Assembly: GCA_965112735.1 (NCBI GenBank)
Contig: OZ218952.1
Coordinates: forward strand, 4,030,001 to 4,094,000
Origin: Phaeosaccion multiseriatum
Taxonomy: Eukaryota > Protista > Ochrophyta, other classes
Reading direction: 5' to 3'
DNA length: 64,000 nucleotides
In this document: positions 1 to 12,600 of the stretch, one piece after another
How positions within the stretch are numbered: the first letter of the stretch is position 1
Layout: every line of letters starts with the position of its first letter
Program-made: the position numbers and the translations under genes
The notes under the pieces: model-generated
What the model was told of the DNA's origin: nothing
Databases searched by the model: none
What the model saw: only the letters and a program-made list of their open reading frames with translations

Positions 1-1052
1 TGTCTCGCCACCTCCCTAGCGAGCAAAGACCCGTCCAACAGCCCGGCCCGCACGCTCTCCATCGCCCACGGAGCCCAACCACTAGTGCTGCTGCCGCTCT
101 GAGTCGCGTCGGTTCCTTCCAAGCGGCGTCGGGCAATGTCCGAGAGCCTCCTCAGCCCCACGACCTTCTTGAGCAGGGGCAAAATGCCGCACTGCGCGAG
201 AAAGCGGTAGTCCCTTGCTTCGTAGTCCAACGCCCAACACGTGAGCAGCACATGCACAGTGCCCGACTGGAGACAGTCATAGGCCCGCCCCACCACGGGG
301 CACAGCAGCTCGTACAGCCGCGAGAAGGCCGTCTGCACACCGCTCAGCACACCCGCGCTACATCCTTCGAGGTCGTTGAGGTAGTGATGGCGACTCAGTG
401 CTGCCGCTGCCGCTGCCGCCGCTGCTGCCGTCGCTGCTGCTGCCTCTGCCTCCCGTCCGCCCCCTCCTCCTCCTCCTCCTCCTCCTCCAGCCGGTCCATC
501 CCCTCGGCTCGTCCCATCCACCCCCCATGCCCTCCCCTCGGGCTGTTTCCCTCCTTCCTCTTGCCCCCCGCCAGAGCCCTCCCCCCTCTCCTCGCTGCGG
601 ACGCTGTGGAAGGCCGGACGAAGAAAGGCAAGGGCGTCTGCCAGAGCCGAATGTAGCGGCGCAGGAGCATCGGCACCAGCAGCAGCGCTCGCACCTGCGC
701 CGACGACGGCAGCGCTACTTTCTTTCTGACCCTCCCCCTTACCCTCACCTTCCGACCCGCTGCTGCTGCCTTTAGAAGACGGCGAGACACCGCCGATAAG
801 AGATGCTTGCGATGGTGCCTGTGGCAGCTTCGGTAGCGGCAGCAATGGCGAAGGTCTCACCAACGTCTCCACGAGGGCCTTGAGGCCTTGCAGGCCGAAG
901 GAACGCATGGCGGCCCTCTGACTGCGCGCTTTGAGGGCTCCTCTCAGACGAGCAGGGGTGGCCAAAACACCACCTGTGAGGATATACAGAGCACACGCCT
1001 GTGCGGCAGCCATGGCCGGAGACATAGCGTCGAAGACCTCCTCCTCCTCCTC

Positions 1053-1089
<37 letters not shown>

Positions 1090-3179
1090 TCGTCATCATC
1101 ACTATCACTACGGCCATCGCCATCACCATCACAGTAACCACCATGCTCACCACCCTCTCTACCATCGTGGATGCCTAGGTGCTGGTGGTCGTTGTCCTCC
1201 GCCTCCTCGTTGTCGGCCTCGCTGAAGCTCCCAAACGCCTTTACAAGACGACGCCCTGTTCCCACTCCTCCGGAACCACTGGGGTAGCGTTTGCCGTGTT
1301 CCCACTCCTCCTCCCACAGCGCCAAATGTGCCCCTCCTCCCCGCCTCCTACCCAAGAAGGAAGACGACGCTGCCCGCTTCAAGGGGCGTTGCAATCCCAC
1401 GTCCCCTCTTCCTCCTTCCTCTTTTCCTTCTTCTTCTCTCTCTCGACCTCCATCGAGGCTCTGTGGCGTACCGGGCAGCCCCAGTCCTCCCCACCCCCCT
1501 CGGCTACCCCCGAGTGGAGACCCCGCGTACTGCTGTAGAGAGAGCAGCCCTGACTCCCCTCCTCCGTAGCTGCTGGAGCGAGACACCGCCTGTCTCTGTA
1601 GCGAGGTTAGAGACTTGCGACGCATGCGCTGCTGCACACGAAGTACATCTTGCACGCCCTTCCACCGCTGCTGCTGCTGTAGGGCCATATGCTGCGGGTG
1701 TGGGTGCGCGTAGTGTCCGAGGCTGCTGCTGCTGCTGCTACTGACTGGTCTCGCCGCTAGTGATCCTGCCAACCCATGCTCCTCACCACTGCGCCACCTC
1801 ATGAGCTGATGCTGCACACCCACAGGTGGAGGTGTAGGTAGGGAAGACATGTTGTCAGCGAGCATGTGCATGAGTTCGGCATTCGAGTGCGTCGCCATTT
1901 GCGAGGCCGTGGCTGACTCTAACTCGGCCTCCGACTCGTCATGTTCAGTACCCGTAGGGAGGATGGTCGAGGACGCCATCTCGAGGAGGAAGAAGGAGCG
2001 CTCTCGGAGCTGTGAGCAGAGATGCTTGAAACCGTCGAAGGGAAGGGGCCGCGACTGCTGCTTCTGCTGCTGCTCCTTTTGTCGGGAGCGTGGCTTCCTT
2101 CGCTTCGTCGTCGGAGTGGTTCCTAAGGCCGCCTCGGTTGTCGCTCCTTCACCATCATCCTTGGTCTCTTGCTCCTCGCCCCCTTCTTTCTCTTCGTCTT
2201 CGTCCTCGTCCTCCTCCTCGTTCTCCTCAGCTTCAGCTTCGGCTGCCATCCTCTGCCGCTCCGTATCCTCTCGCTCTACCGTGGAGGCCTTGAAGAACTG
2301 CCTCTGACTGCGCAAGTGCGTCCGCAGCTGCCGCACACGCACCCACAGTTTGCACATGGCCGCACTCGGCTTGGGTGGGCCACTACCAATGCCAACAACA
2401 TTACCCTTCTCGTTGTCCGTGGCTGCGGCCCCACCACCACCTGCAGTAGCCTCCTCCCCGTCCCCTCGCTCTTCCTTCGCCTCCTCCTCTCCCTCCCCTC
2501 CCTGCTCCTGCTCCTCCTCCTCTTCCTCCTTCCTTGCAGCCGCTTGCTTGGCTTTCTCATCTTGCTCGTCCTCGATGTCGGCAACTGCACTCTGCGCCTC
2601 TGTAACGAGGCAGCTGTGCTTGAGCAGAGCCGCCAGAAAGGGTGTCTCCACGGTGGGAAAGGCGTAATTTCCCGTCCTTTCCAAAACCTTGCGCAAGAAA
2701 GCCGGGTCGGGGTGACTCTGCTCCATCCAGCCGACGAGCAATCGGTACAAGGAAGGGGAGGAGGAGGAGCTAGAGGTGACTTCCACTGCTGCTGCTGGTG
2801 TTGCTGTTGCCACTCCTGCTGCTGCGTCACCTGTTGCTGCTTCCATCGCCTCTTGTCTTTGCTCCTCTGCAGCCACAGCGGACGCATTCAGCTCATCCAG
2901 GAACGCCTTGGTAGACTGCGACGAAACCCTCGCCGCACCGCGAACACCGCGAATAGCGCTACCCCGCACCACCCCCTCACCACCCTCCTTGTCCTGCCCT
3001 GTGCCCTGTGTTGTAGGGCGCTGAACATGACCGCCTCGGGTACCTCCAACACCCACTCCGTCTTGTGGGCGTTGTACGACACGCAGCACAAGGGCGAGCT
3101 GCCCCCCCGTGTCTAAGCCTGCCAACACCCGCCACGACTTCCGCCCCCCCTCTCCTCTCTCGTCCTCTCTAGTAGGTCT

Positions 3180-3211
<32 letters not shown>

Positions 3212-5004
3212 CCTGCTGCTGCTGCCGCTGCCACGGCTGCTCGCTATACCGCAGAGGCACGTCACACCGCCCTACAGGCACTTTGCCGAGCATCACCGTT
3301 GCCCTGACTCGCAGAGAGCCCAAGTCGTCACCGCCAGGAAGGCCGAACACGTGGGAGCAAAAGGTCTCTCCCTCTCCCTCTCCCCGCGCCAAACTCAAAC
3401 TACCCCTGCCCCTGCCCACTACAGAGGTGCCAATGTGTTGTTTGTGCAGTGTGCTGCTGTCAGCGCCCTTATTGGCTGTCAGAGAAGGAGAAGGAGAAGA
3501 AGAAGAAGAGGAAGGAGAAGGAAGCGGCGGTGCTGCTGTCTCCAGCCAAACAGGGTTGCATCCGCCTCGACGACAGGGTCGAATGCCGGCCCTCTCCAAT
3601 ACCATCCCCTCCCCCCCCCCCTCCTCCTCCTCTTGTTCTCCCTCCTCTGTGTACACCTTACGCACCAGGCTAAGGCATACAGAGGGGTTCGAAACACTCG
3701 CCTGGAATAGCCGTCTCCGCCTCTCTTCATCGCCTCCAAGGCCTCGAGCATAGAGCACCACCACCTCCACCTCTCCCCCGCTCGCGTCGCCCCCTGTGAG
3801 TGCGGCCCTGCTGCCCCTGCTACCCTCGATCATGCCCTTCTTGTAACTGCTCCCACTACTCTCTTCCCCGCCCTTATTACCATCTTCCTGGCGCCTGCCA
3901 CCCCGAGCAGAGACGACTCTTTCTCCTCCTCCGCCTCCTCCTCCGCCACCACCCACCACCATCGGGACCCTTCTCTCCTCCTCCTCCTCCTCCTCCTCCT
4001 CCTCCTCCTCCTCCTCCTCCTGCTGCTGCCGTACCACCAATTGGTGCTTCCCCGACTCGGCTCTCCACGCCTTTGCCCAAGTGCGGCGAGACAGTGCCCA
4101 CTTCTCCCCTGCATCCATCACCCCACCAGACACCTCGGACTCCACTCCTCCACTGAGCAAGGGGGAGCGAAGCCAGGGCTGAAGCAAGGCTGCCTCTCCA
4201 TCCTCCTTGTTGTTCAGGTGCTCTCCGCGAATCAGCGTCGCACTCAACCCCCCCCCCAGGGCAGCAAGTGTCTTTTGAAGGTCCAGCGAAAGGGGCAATA
4301 TCCGTGTCCCGTTCACGCCTCCACCTCCTCCTGGTCGAAGGGTCACCGCTTGCTTATCACTGCTGATGCTGCACGCGGGGTACAACACAGCGCCACCGCC
4401 AGACCGTTCCTTCTTCCCCTTCTTTCTCCGCGGGACAGTCGGTGTCTGTGCCACCCCTCCGGGCACCTCACACACCGCCCCACTCCCGGGGCGACCGAAG
4501 AGCAACCCCTGATCCACGCCATTAATCCTCAGCCAAAGGGCTCCAGTGGTGGCGTCCGCCCCAATGGTCACAACATCAAGGCTCTTGAGCGGTAGGCAGG
4601 CTTCCCCGACCCGCACAGGGAGACCGTCCAGTCCCATCACCACCACGCCATTGGTGCGTAGGGTGCCATCGCTCCACCACGCCCATGAGCCGAAGTACGA
4701 GCCAAGTGCCTTTCCATCGGGAATGACTGCAACCGCACTCACTCCGAAGGCCATTGGGTACCGAACAGTGTCCAGGCACGAAGCCGAAGAACTGCCACCG
4801 ACACTTCCCTCTCCCCCGCCACCGCCGCCACTGAAGCAACCCCGTCCATTGCCATCCCCCCCTCCTCCTCCTCCTCCTCCTTGCCGTCCGTTGGAGGTGA
4901 TCTCCATCTCAACTGCGTTAAAGCCCTGCGCTGCTGTGAAGCCATGGAGAGTGCGCGCAGTAACCCAGTCCCAGCTTTGAAGCCGCCGATGCTGTTGCTG
5001 CTGC

Positions 5005-5040
<36 letters not shown>

Positions 5041-6497
5041 ACATCGTCTTGTCGCAAATCGACAACCAAAGTGTCTCCCCCCCTTGGTGAAACTGCTGCT
5101 ACCCTTTCTGCTGCTCCTGCTCTTTCTGCTACTTCTGCGGCTTCTCCGTCAGCTACTGCTGCTGCCGCTGCCCCAGAAGCCTCAGCCATTGCTTCTGCCA
5201 ACGGGTCTCGCACCCGACCTCCTCCGTCTCTACCCATCCCTCCCACGCCACCACCCATGTCGCTCGCTGAACCTTCTCGAGCGTCGCCCCCGGCGCTCTC
5301 TGGGCTCTCTCCCCCCTCCTCCCCCATTCCCTCCCCATGGCCGTTGTGACCCCCGCGTCTTTCCGCCTCCTCTGCCTCCTCCTCCTCTTCCATCATGTCT
5401 CCTACAGACTCGTCTCTAACGAGACCAGCCAACAACCACGGCATGCTGTGAAGCTTCCGCCGCTCAATCGCGCGCTTATCCGCACACAACACCGCACCTC
5501 CTCTTCCCTCCTTCATGCAAGGAGCCGGGGCCCAAACCAGCTGTCGTTGGGCCTCCCAGCCTCCTCCTCCTCCCCCTCCTCCTCCTCCCAACAACACATC
5601 CTCCTCCTCCTCCCCCTCCTCCGAGCAAGCCGCCGCTCCATCCCCCCACTGGATTGTCTGAAAAGAAGAGGAAGGGCTTCTCCCCATCACCTCTACCTTT
5701 AATAGCCGAATCTTAACCCCCGAGCGGTAGCTACCGCAGCAAGGGTATAGCGCTCCTCCTCCTCCTCCCGAAGCGGCGGAGGCATCAATATTGTCAAAGC
5801 CTCCGTCCTGCTCCTCCCCATTCACACTAAACCGCAAGGTGCCTTCGTCGGCGTCCAATTCGCAGCGAATGGTATCGCCAGGATGCACTTTCTGCATAAT
5901 CCGGCTCCCTGCCAGCTGCACACCTCTCGCGTAGAGCACTCCATTGTACGCCCTGCGCATCCACAGAGAAGCGCTTGAGTTGTAGCACCTGCTCAGGAGG
6001 GGCTTGACACCCAACCCAAACACCGAGCATTCGTCTCCCACGCTGTCGCTCTCCAGCATGAATTCCCACGCCGCCTTTCCGCTGGTGATGGGGCAGTCAA
6101 CGGTGGCGCAGGTGTTGCTGCTGGTGAGGGCGGTGTACACCTGGCCGTCGTCGGAGATGGTGTAGTATGCACCTGTGAGTACGGAGGAGGAAGAGAGGAG
6201 GAGGAGGAGGAGGAGGAGGAGGAGGAGGAGGAGGAGGAGGAGGAGGAGGAGGAGGAGGGGCTTAGTCTTGTGCATTACTCACATGCACACGCACACACGC
6301 GCGCACAAAACACACAAAACAAAACTCATGCACACACATGCCCGGCCCTTCCTGCCCCCACCTGCGACCTCATCTCCCTCCAGACTGGCGGGCACCGTTC
6401 TCCACCCGCTGGTAGAGGCCGTGGGGCAGCCCTGGGGACGCTTCAGCTCAGCACGACATAACGCGCGCTCGGCCGACGCCACCTGTGTGTGTGTTTA

Positions 6498-6528
<31 letters not shown>

Positions 6529-7564
6529 ACGTGTGTTTGTGTGTGTGCGTGTGAGTTGGTGCGTGTATGTGTGCGTGCACAACAAGGCAACATACTTAAG
6601 ATATCATTTCAAATCCTCCCCTACAGAATGATTTCATCAACGCAACAACAAACGAAAGGCCTCGGCCCATGCACTTTCAAAGGTCCTCTTCTCTCCCTCT
6701 CCTATGTCAACAAACTCACCAGGGCGGCCTCCTCCGGGGATGTGGCGATGTGGTTTCCCAACGCCCCTGACAGTTTCACAACCGCCGGAAGCAGCCCCTC
6801 CGCCACGCGAGCTCTCCCCGCACACGAGCAGAGCCCCAGCAGCAGGGGGGGTAGGAGCGTGTCCAGGAGATGCAGCCAGGGAGAGTCCTCGTCATCACCA
6901 CCGCAGCCCCCTCCTTGTCGTCTGCCTCTTTCTTCGTCTCCTTCCTCTTCATCATCGCCATCTTCTTTTTCGTCATCTTCGACGCCTTCCTCCTCTTGTT
7001 CTTCGTCGTATTCTTCCAGTGCCGTCGCAGCGGCCAGTCTCCTTCTTCTGCCGCTACTCCTCCTCCTTGCTCTTTCTTCGTTAGGCCCTTGACAAAACGT
7101 GTCGTGACCATCCTCCTCCTCCTCCTCCTCCTCATCATCATCATCATCATCATCACAATAAGCATGATCATCACCGCCTTCAGAGCTTCTTCTTGTTGCC
7201 GCCGCCCCTTGCCCCTGCCTGCGCCTTTCAAAGCGATGGCAGCAAACGAAGCCCGGCAGAGCCAGAATCGTGCAGCACCCTCTCAGGAAGCTCTGCCCAT
7301 AGTGGCAAAGGAGCTCCTCGTGCGGCGTCTCCTGCGAAGGGCCTTTCTCCGCCACGAGTACAAGCAGGTGCTGCTGAAGAGTGTCGAGGAAGCGGAACGC
7401 CAGCCCGAGTACCTCGTCGCTCCATTCCTCCATCTCCGTCAGCCCAGGCTCGACCACACCCCCTTCTCCCTCCTCCTCCGCCTTTTCCTCCTTCTCCTCG
7501 CTTGCCTTCGTCTTACCTAAGCCAACCTCGGAGTCATGCTTCCCTTCCCTTACGACCCTCGCAA

Positions 7565-7598
<34 letters not shown>

Positions 7599-8113
7599 CT
7601 CCTCCGCCGCCTCCTCCTCCTCCTGCTTCTTCTTCTTCTTCTTCTTCTTCTTCTTCTTCTTCTTCTTCTTTTCTTCTTCCTCCTCTTGCTGCTCACCACG
7701 GCCCTCATGGAGGGAGCAAGTCCTCCCCTCTCCTCGCGCTCTCTTGCCGTTGTTGCGGGCCCTTCTCACTTGGTGGTGGTGGTGCTGCTGTTGCTGCTTC
7801 CCTCTGGAGGCCCGGGTCACGAGCATGCTGACCATGAGTGCCAGCAGGTCCGCCACGCTCTCTCTTTCAAACAAGTCGGACTCATACATACTGAGCAGCT
7901 CCAAAATCGACTTGGTCCCTGAGAAATGTAGCATCATATGGCGCAGAAGGCGTAGTCTGGCAATGGGCAGAGGATACATATCCTCACCATCCCCTCCTCC
8001 TCCCCCACTGCCAGACCCGCCTGTGCTGGTGTCCCTGCTTGTTGTGTCTGTGCCCACTGAAGAAGCTGGGTCAGTAGGCGCCTGTGACCCTGTCACCACT
8101 GCCGGTACTGGCG

Positions 8114-8144
<31 letters not shown>

Positions 8145-8811
8145 TGACTGGCGTGGCGATGGTGCTGAATCATACGTCAACGGCAGTGGCGGCGACGGCG
8201 GCGGCGGCCTTGAGAGCATTAGCAACAGATGCATGCGATCCGAGCAACGCGGCAAGAGTAGCGTCAGGCCGCTAGCGAAGGTATCCGCCGCCGCGCAGCG
8301 CAGAGTCTCTCCGTAGAGCCCACCCCTCATGATGCGGCGCAGACACCGGCACAGCCCGGGCATAACCATCCTGCCCATCATGTCTATCTTGTCGTGGATG
8401 TTGTTGGTGTCCTCCTTGCCGGTAGTATCATCACTGTGCCGTGGTGCGGTGTCAGCGGTGTCGAGCTTCAAGCCGACGGTTTCGGGGTTCACGTGCACGG
8501 CTACGAGACGGCAAAAGTTGGCCCGGAGAATGACCAGCAGGGAGAGAATGAGACTTGCGATCTTGGCAGTCTTGGCGCTGGCTTGCCCTTCTAGTGCTGC
8601 TGCTGCCGCTGCCGCAGTAGTAGCAGCTTCTTCTTGTGTTACCTGCGCCTCCTTTCCATCCTTCCCATGCTCCCCTTCTTTCGCAGCCGCCGTCGCCGAT
8701 GCTTCTTCGGAACGATTCCCTTCCTCGTCCGTCGAAGTACCGCCAGCCCCTGCTGCAGACGGACCGGCTGCCTCGTCGTCACCCTCATCCTCGTCACGGC
8801 AGTCGGGAGTT

Positions 8812-8847
<36 letters not shown>

Positions 8848-9592
8848 GCCGCCGCCGCCGCCGCCGCCGCGGCCGCCGCTTTTAGGTCAGTCTCGGCTTG
8901 GTCAAAGGACGCCAAGGTCCCCTGAAGCAGGGCCAACAGCTTGTCAAACACCAGTGCCGTCGGTTGAATCACGTACGGCTCCTCCAGAGGAAGCTCCCTC
9001 AGGAAGGATGAGGAGGCGCCGCCGCCGCCGTTGCCGCTACTGCCTCTCGCGCCGCCCAAGTCTCGGTGCATTCCGTCGGATGTTCTCCCGAACATTCCTC
9101 CGCCACTTCCAATGCCCCCCCCCCCACCGCCACGGCCTCTGCCAAATCCGTCCCCTTCCAACCCCATGCCAAACAGCCCCAGACTGCCTCCAGACCGTAA
9201 CCCTAACCCAGACCCTCCTCCTCCGCCATACATCCCCCCAGGGTGGAAGGGGATACCACTCCACGAGGGGGAACCGTCTCCTCCTCCTCCTCCTCCTCCT
9301 CCTCCTCCTCCTCCTCCTCCTCCTCCTCCTCCTCCTCCCCCTCCTCCTCCAGAGTAACCGCTGAAACCGTCTCCAAATCTCCACCGACTCTGCTCAAAGC
9401 TGGCAGGGAGGGGGGGGGTGCCAAAATCGAAGGCATTATTCCCTCCTCCCCCGCCACCACCCCAGCCAGGGCCAAGCAAGTTCAGCCGGGCGGCATTGGC
9501 GCTAAACCGCCCATACTCGTCCAACCAAAAAGGGCTGCGACTGCTGTTGTTCCTGTCCCCACCCCCTGCCCGCCCTCCTCCTCCTCCTCCTC

Positions 9593-9626
<34 letters not shown>

Positions 9627-12600
9627 TCTTCTATTACCCCCGGAGACCGGGCTACTCTCCAGCCAGGAGTGACCGTCTCCCCATATGAGGTGTGACGAGC
9701 GATGAGGAATGGCCATTACTGCGTTCTCCACCATCCGAAACGCCAAGCTCGAGCCACCGCCGGAGCCGGGGGAGGAGGAGGAGGAGGAAGAGGGGAAGCC
9801 CCTCCTTGCGGGAGAGGAAGACGAGGTAGGAGAGGGGGAATCGTCATCAATGTCCACGAACGCCGGATATCTACTGCTGCCTCCACCCCTATTATTCCCC
9901 GCCCCGGTGCCTCTGGTAGAGGCCCTGGGGATCAGACCCCTTCTGCCCCTCGGCTCTGCGCCTGCCCCTCCTCCCCCTCCTCCTCCTCCTCCCCCTCCTC
10001 TTTCCGTTGCTGCTGCTGCTGCTGCTGCTGCTGTCAATGCTGATGCGGATGACACTGCCCTCCCCCGGCCGAGCTGCTGCTCAGTGGTGTCCCATTCGTC
10101 GTCGCTTGTACCCAGGGTGGCAACTTCACTGTTGCCCGCTGCTCTCCCCTGCACGGTGAGACCCTGTCGACGAAGGTTTTGGCGCTGCATGTTCTGCCGA
10201 TGAACCCTCTCCCGCAGGTTCGAGACGGCCGAAGTCAAGGCCTCCGCTGTCGACTGCTGCGTAGTAGCGGTGCGGTTGGCCCTACTAGTGCCACTACCAC
10301 TGCTGCTTCTACTGCCGCTGCTGCTGGTTGACCGCCCGCCACCACCGGCGGCACCACTCCTACTGCTGTTGAGGCCTGGGCCTACCGCCACCATCTGGTA
10401 AGGCCGCTGCCGCTGCTGGCGCTGCTCATTGTGCTGGTGGAGGTGTGCTGTGCTCGCCGTGCTTACACTCCGCACCTCGACTCCTCGACTGATCCAATTT
10501 CCTCCCCTAGACTCCGCCCTGGAGCTGCTGGCGGTATTATTCCCCTGCCGACCCACCCCGCCCCCGCTGGACATCTGCACAAGCTGGCCTTCGCCACCAC
10601 CTGCGTTGGCCGTGCCCGATCCTCCTCCTCCTCCTCCTCCCCCGCCGCCGGTAGGGCCTCGCCCAACGATTATGCGTGCCGGCCCACCCATCTCAAAGGT
10701 TGGACTAGAGGATGCTCCTCCTCCCCCCCCCCCCTGCCCACGAGCCCGCGCAAGGTAGCGCGATGCCCTTGCCGTCCAGCCTCCTCCTCCTCCTGCCACT
10801 CCTTCAGCTCGAGCCCTACCCCTCCGGCCCGACGGAGGTGATGACATAGCCTCCGAAAACGACGGCGACGGTCCTCCTCCCCAGAGTCCCCTCCTCGCAC
10901 CGGAGCGCAATCTTCCGCCCTCCGTTGCAGCAGCAGCGGTACCAGCAGCAGTAGCAGCGGCGGCAGCAGCAGCGTCGGATGGATCTAGAGGCACGTACCA
11001 CCTCGCTAGGACCGACATGCTGCGGAGCAATGCGGACGCAGGGGAGGCCTCCAGCTCGGCCTTAATGTCCTCGATTCGCTCCGCCGCTGCCAAAGCTTCG
11101 CTGCTGGTGCTGTTGCTGTTGCTACTTCTCCGTTGTCCACCCTCTGCTTCTGTTGCTGCACCTCCGCGTCCTACTTCTGTATCACCATCTGCCCCTGCTG
11201 CGGACCCGGGCCGTCCAGACGCCGTCGGAGAGGGAGGGGACGGTGAGCTTGAGCGCTGCTGCTGCTGCCCAGTCCTCCTCTGCTCGGCCCCGTTCTCCGT
11301 GGCGGCGGGGTACTGCTCTTCTGCTTCTGTTTCACTGTCCTCCGTTTCACTGTCCTCCTCAAAGATAATGATGGGGTCGTCTCTTCTCCCGTCGCCTCCA
11401 GTTCTTCCTCTCATCCCCCCTTCTCCTCCCCTCCTCGACCTATTGTCATTACTGCTGTTGCTGGTGCTGCTGCCATTGTCACTGCCGCGACCACCACTAC
11501 TACTGTTGCTCGTGACCACCCCAGCCCCACCTCCTTCCTCATCCGCGTCATCGGAATCAGCGTCCAAGCGCTTCAGATGCAGCAAGCGCACACTCTTGTG
11601 GCTGCCGTAAAAGCAGACGAGGGGGTGCACGCCGTGGGGCACGCCGTTGAATATCACTCCACGATCGATGCCATTCACCTGCAGCGACAGCGTGTGTGCC
11701 CCGCTGTCCAGCCGGAACTTGACAGCGTCTCTGGGGTGAATCTTGGATACCGTGAGCCCCTGCCGCTGCCCGTTGCAGTACGTCTCGCCGCTGTAGCAGC
11801 GCACCGTCCACATTTGGTGGCTGTTCTCGTAGCAGGAGTTGGTCACCGGGTGTACCGCAACGCCTAGTAGTGGAGGCGGCGGTGGTGGTGGTGGTGGTGG
11901 TGGATGGAAGTGGATGGATTATGAGGCAACAGGAAGCAAAAGGGTTGGGGTTTAGGTGATGCTTGGGGTGTAGGTGACGCTCTGTGTGTGTAACAGAAAG
12001 CCGAGCACCGCCGTGCTGCAGACAAGTACTCTCCTCCTCCTCCTCCTCCTCTTCCTCTTCTTCTTCCTCCTCCTCCTGCTGCTGCTCCTCCTGCTCCTCC
12101 TCCTTCTTCCCCTCCTCCTCCCCTTCCTCCTCCTCTTCCTCTTCTTCCTCCTCCTTCCTCACCTAAGCACGTGGTTTCATCTCCGTTTGTCTCTCGCTCT
12201 AGACGCATCTCCCACTCCCACACGCCCCTCCTCAGGCACTGCTGTACCAAGCTGTGGCTGTTGCCGCTATCCACACTCGTTGCCACTGCGCCTCCGTCAG
12301 AAATGTCCACCCATGAGCTGGAGCGGGACCGATCAAACACAGCGTCTTTCACCGTCCGCTCGTGGCTCCTGCGCTGACAAGACCGCTGCGCCTTCTCGGC
12401 TGCCCCTATGAGCTTCTCGACAAGTGACCCCAGGCCCCCCGCCTCAAAGGACAGGTACTCAGCAGGGAGCGCGGTGACGGCGGAAGGGGTTGGAGGAGTA
12501 GGAGTAGGAGTAGGAGGCGAGGGTAGTGCTGTCGTTGTTACCGTCGGCATCATCATCGAGTGAGACCCCGTCCCAGACCCGGATGACCCGGAGGGACTGC

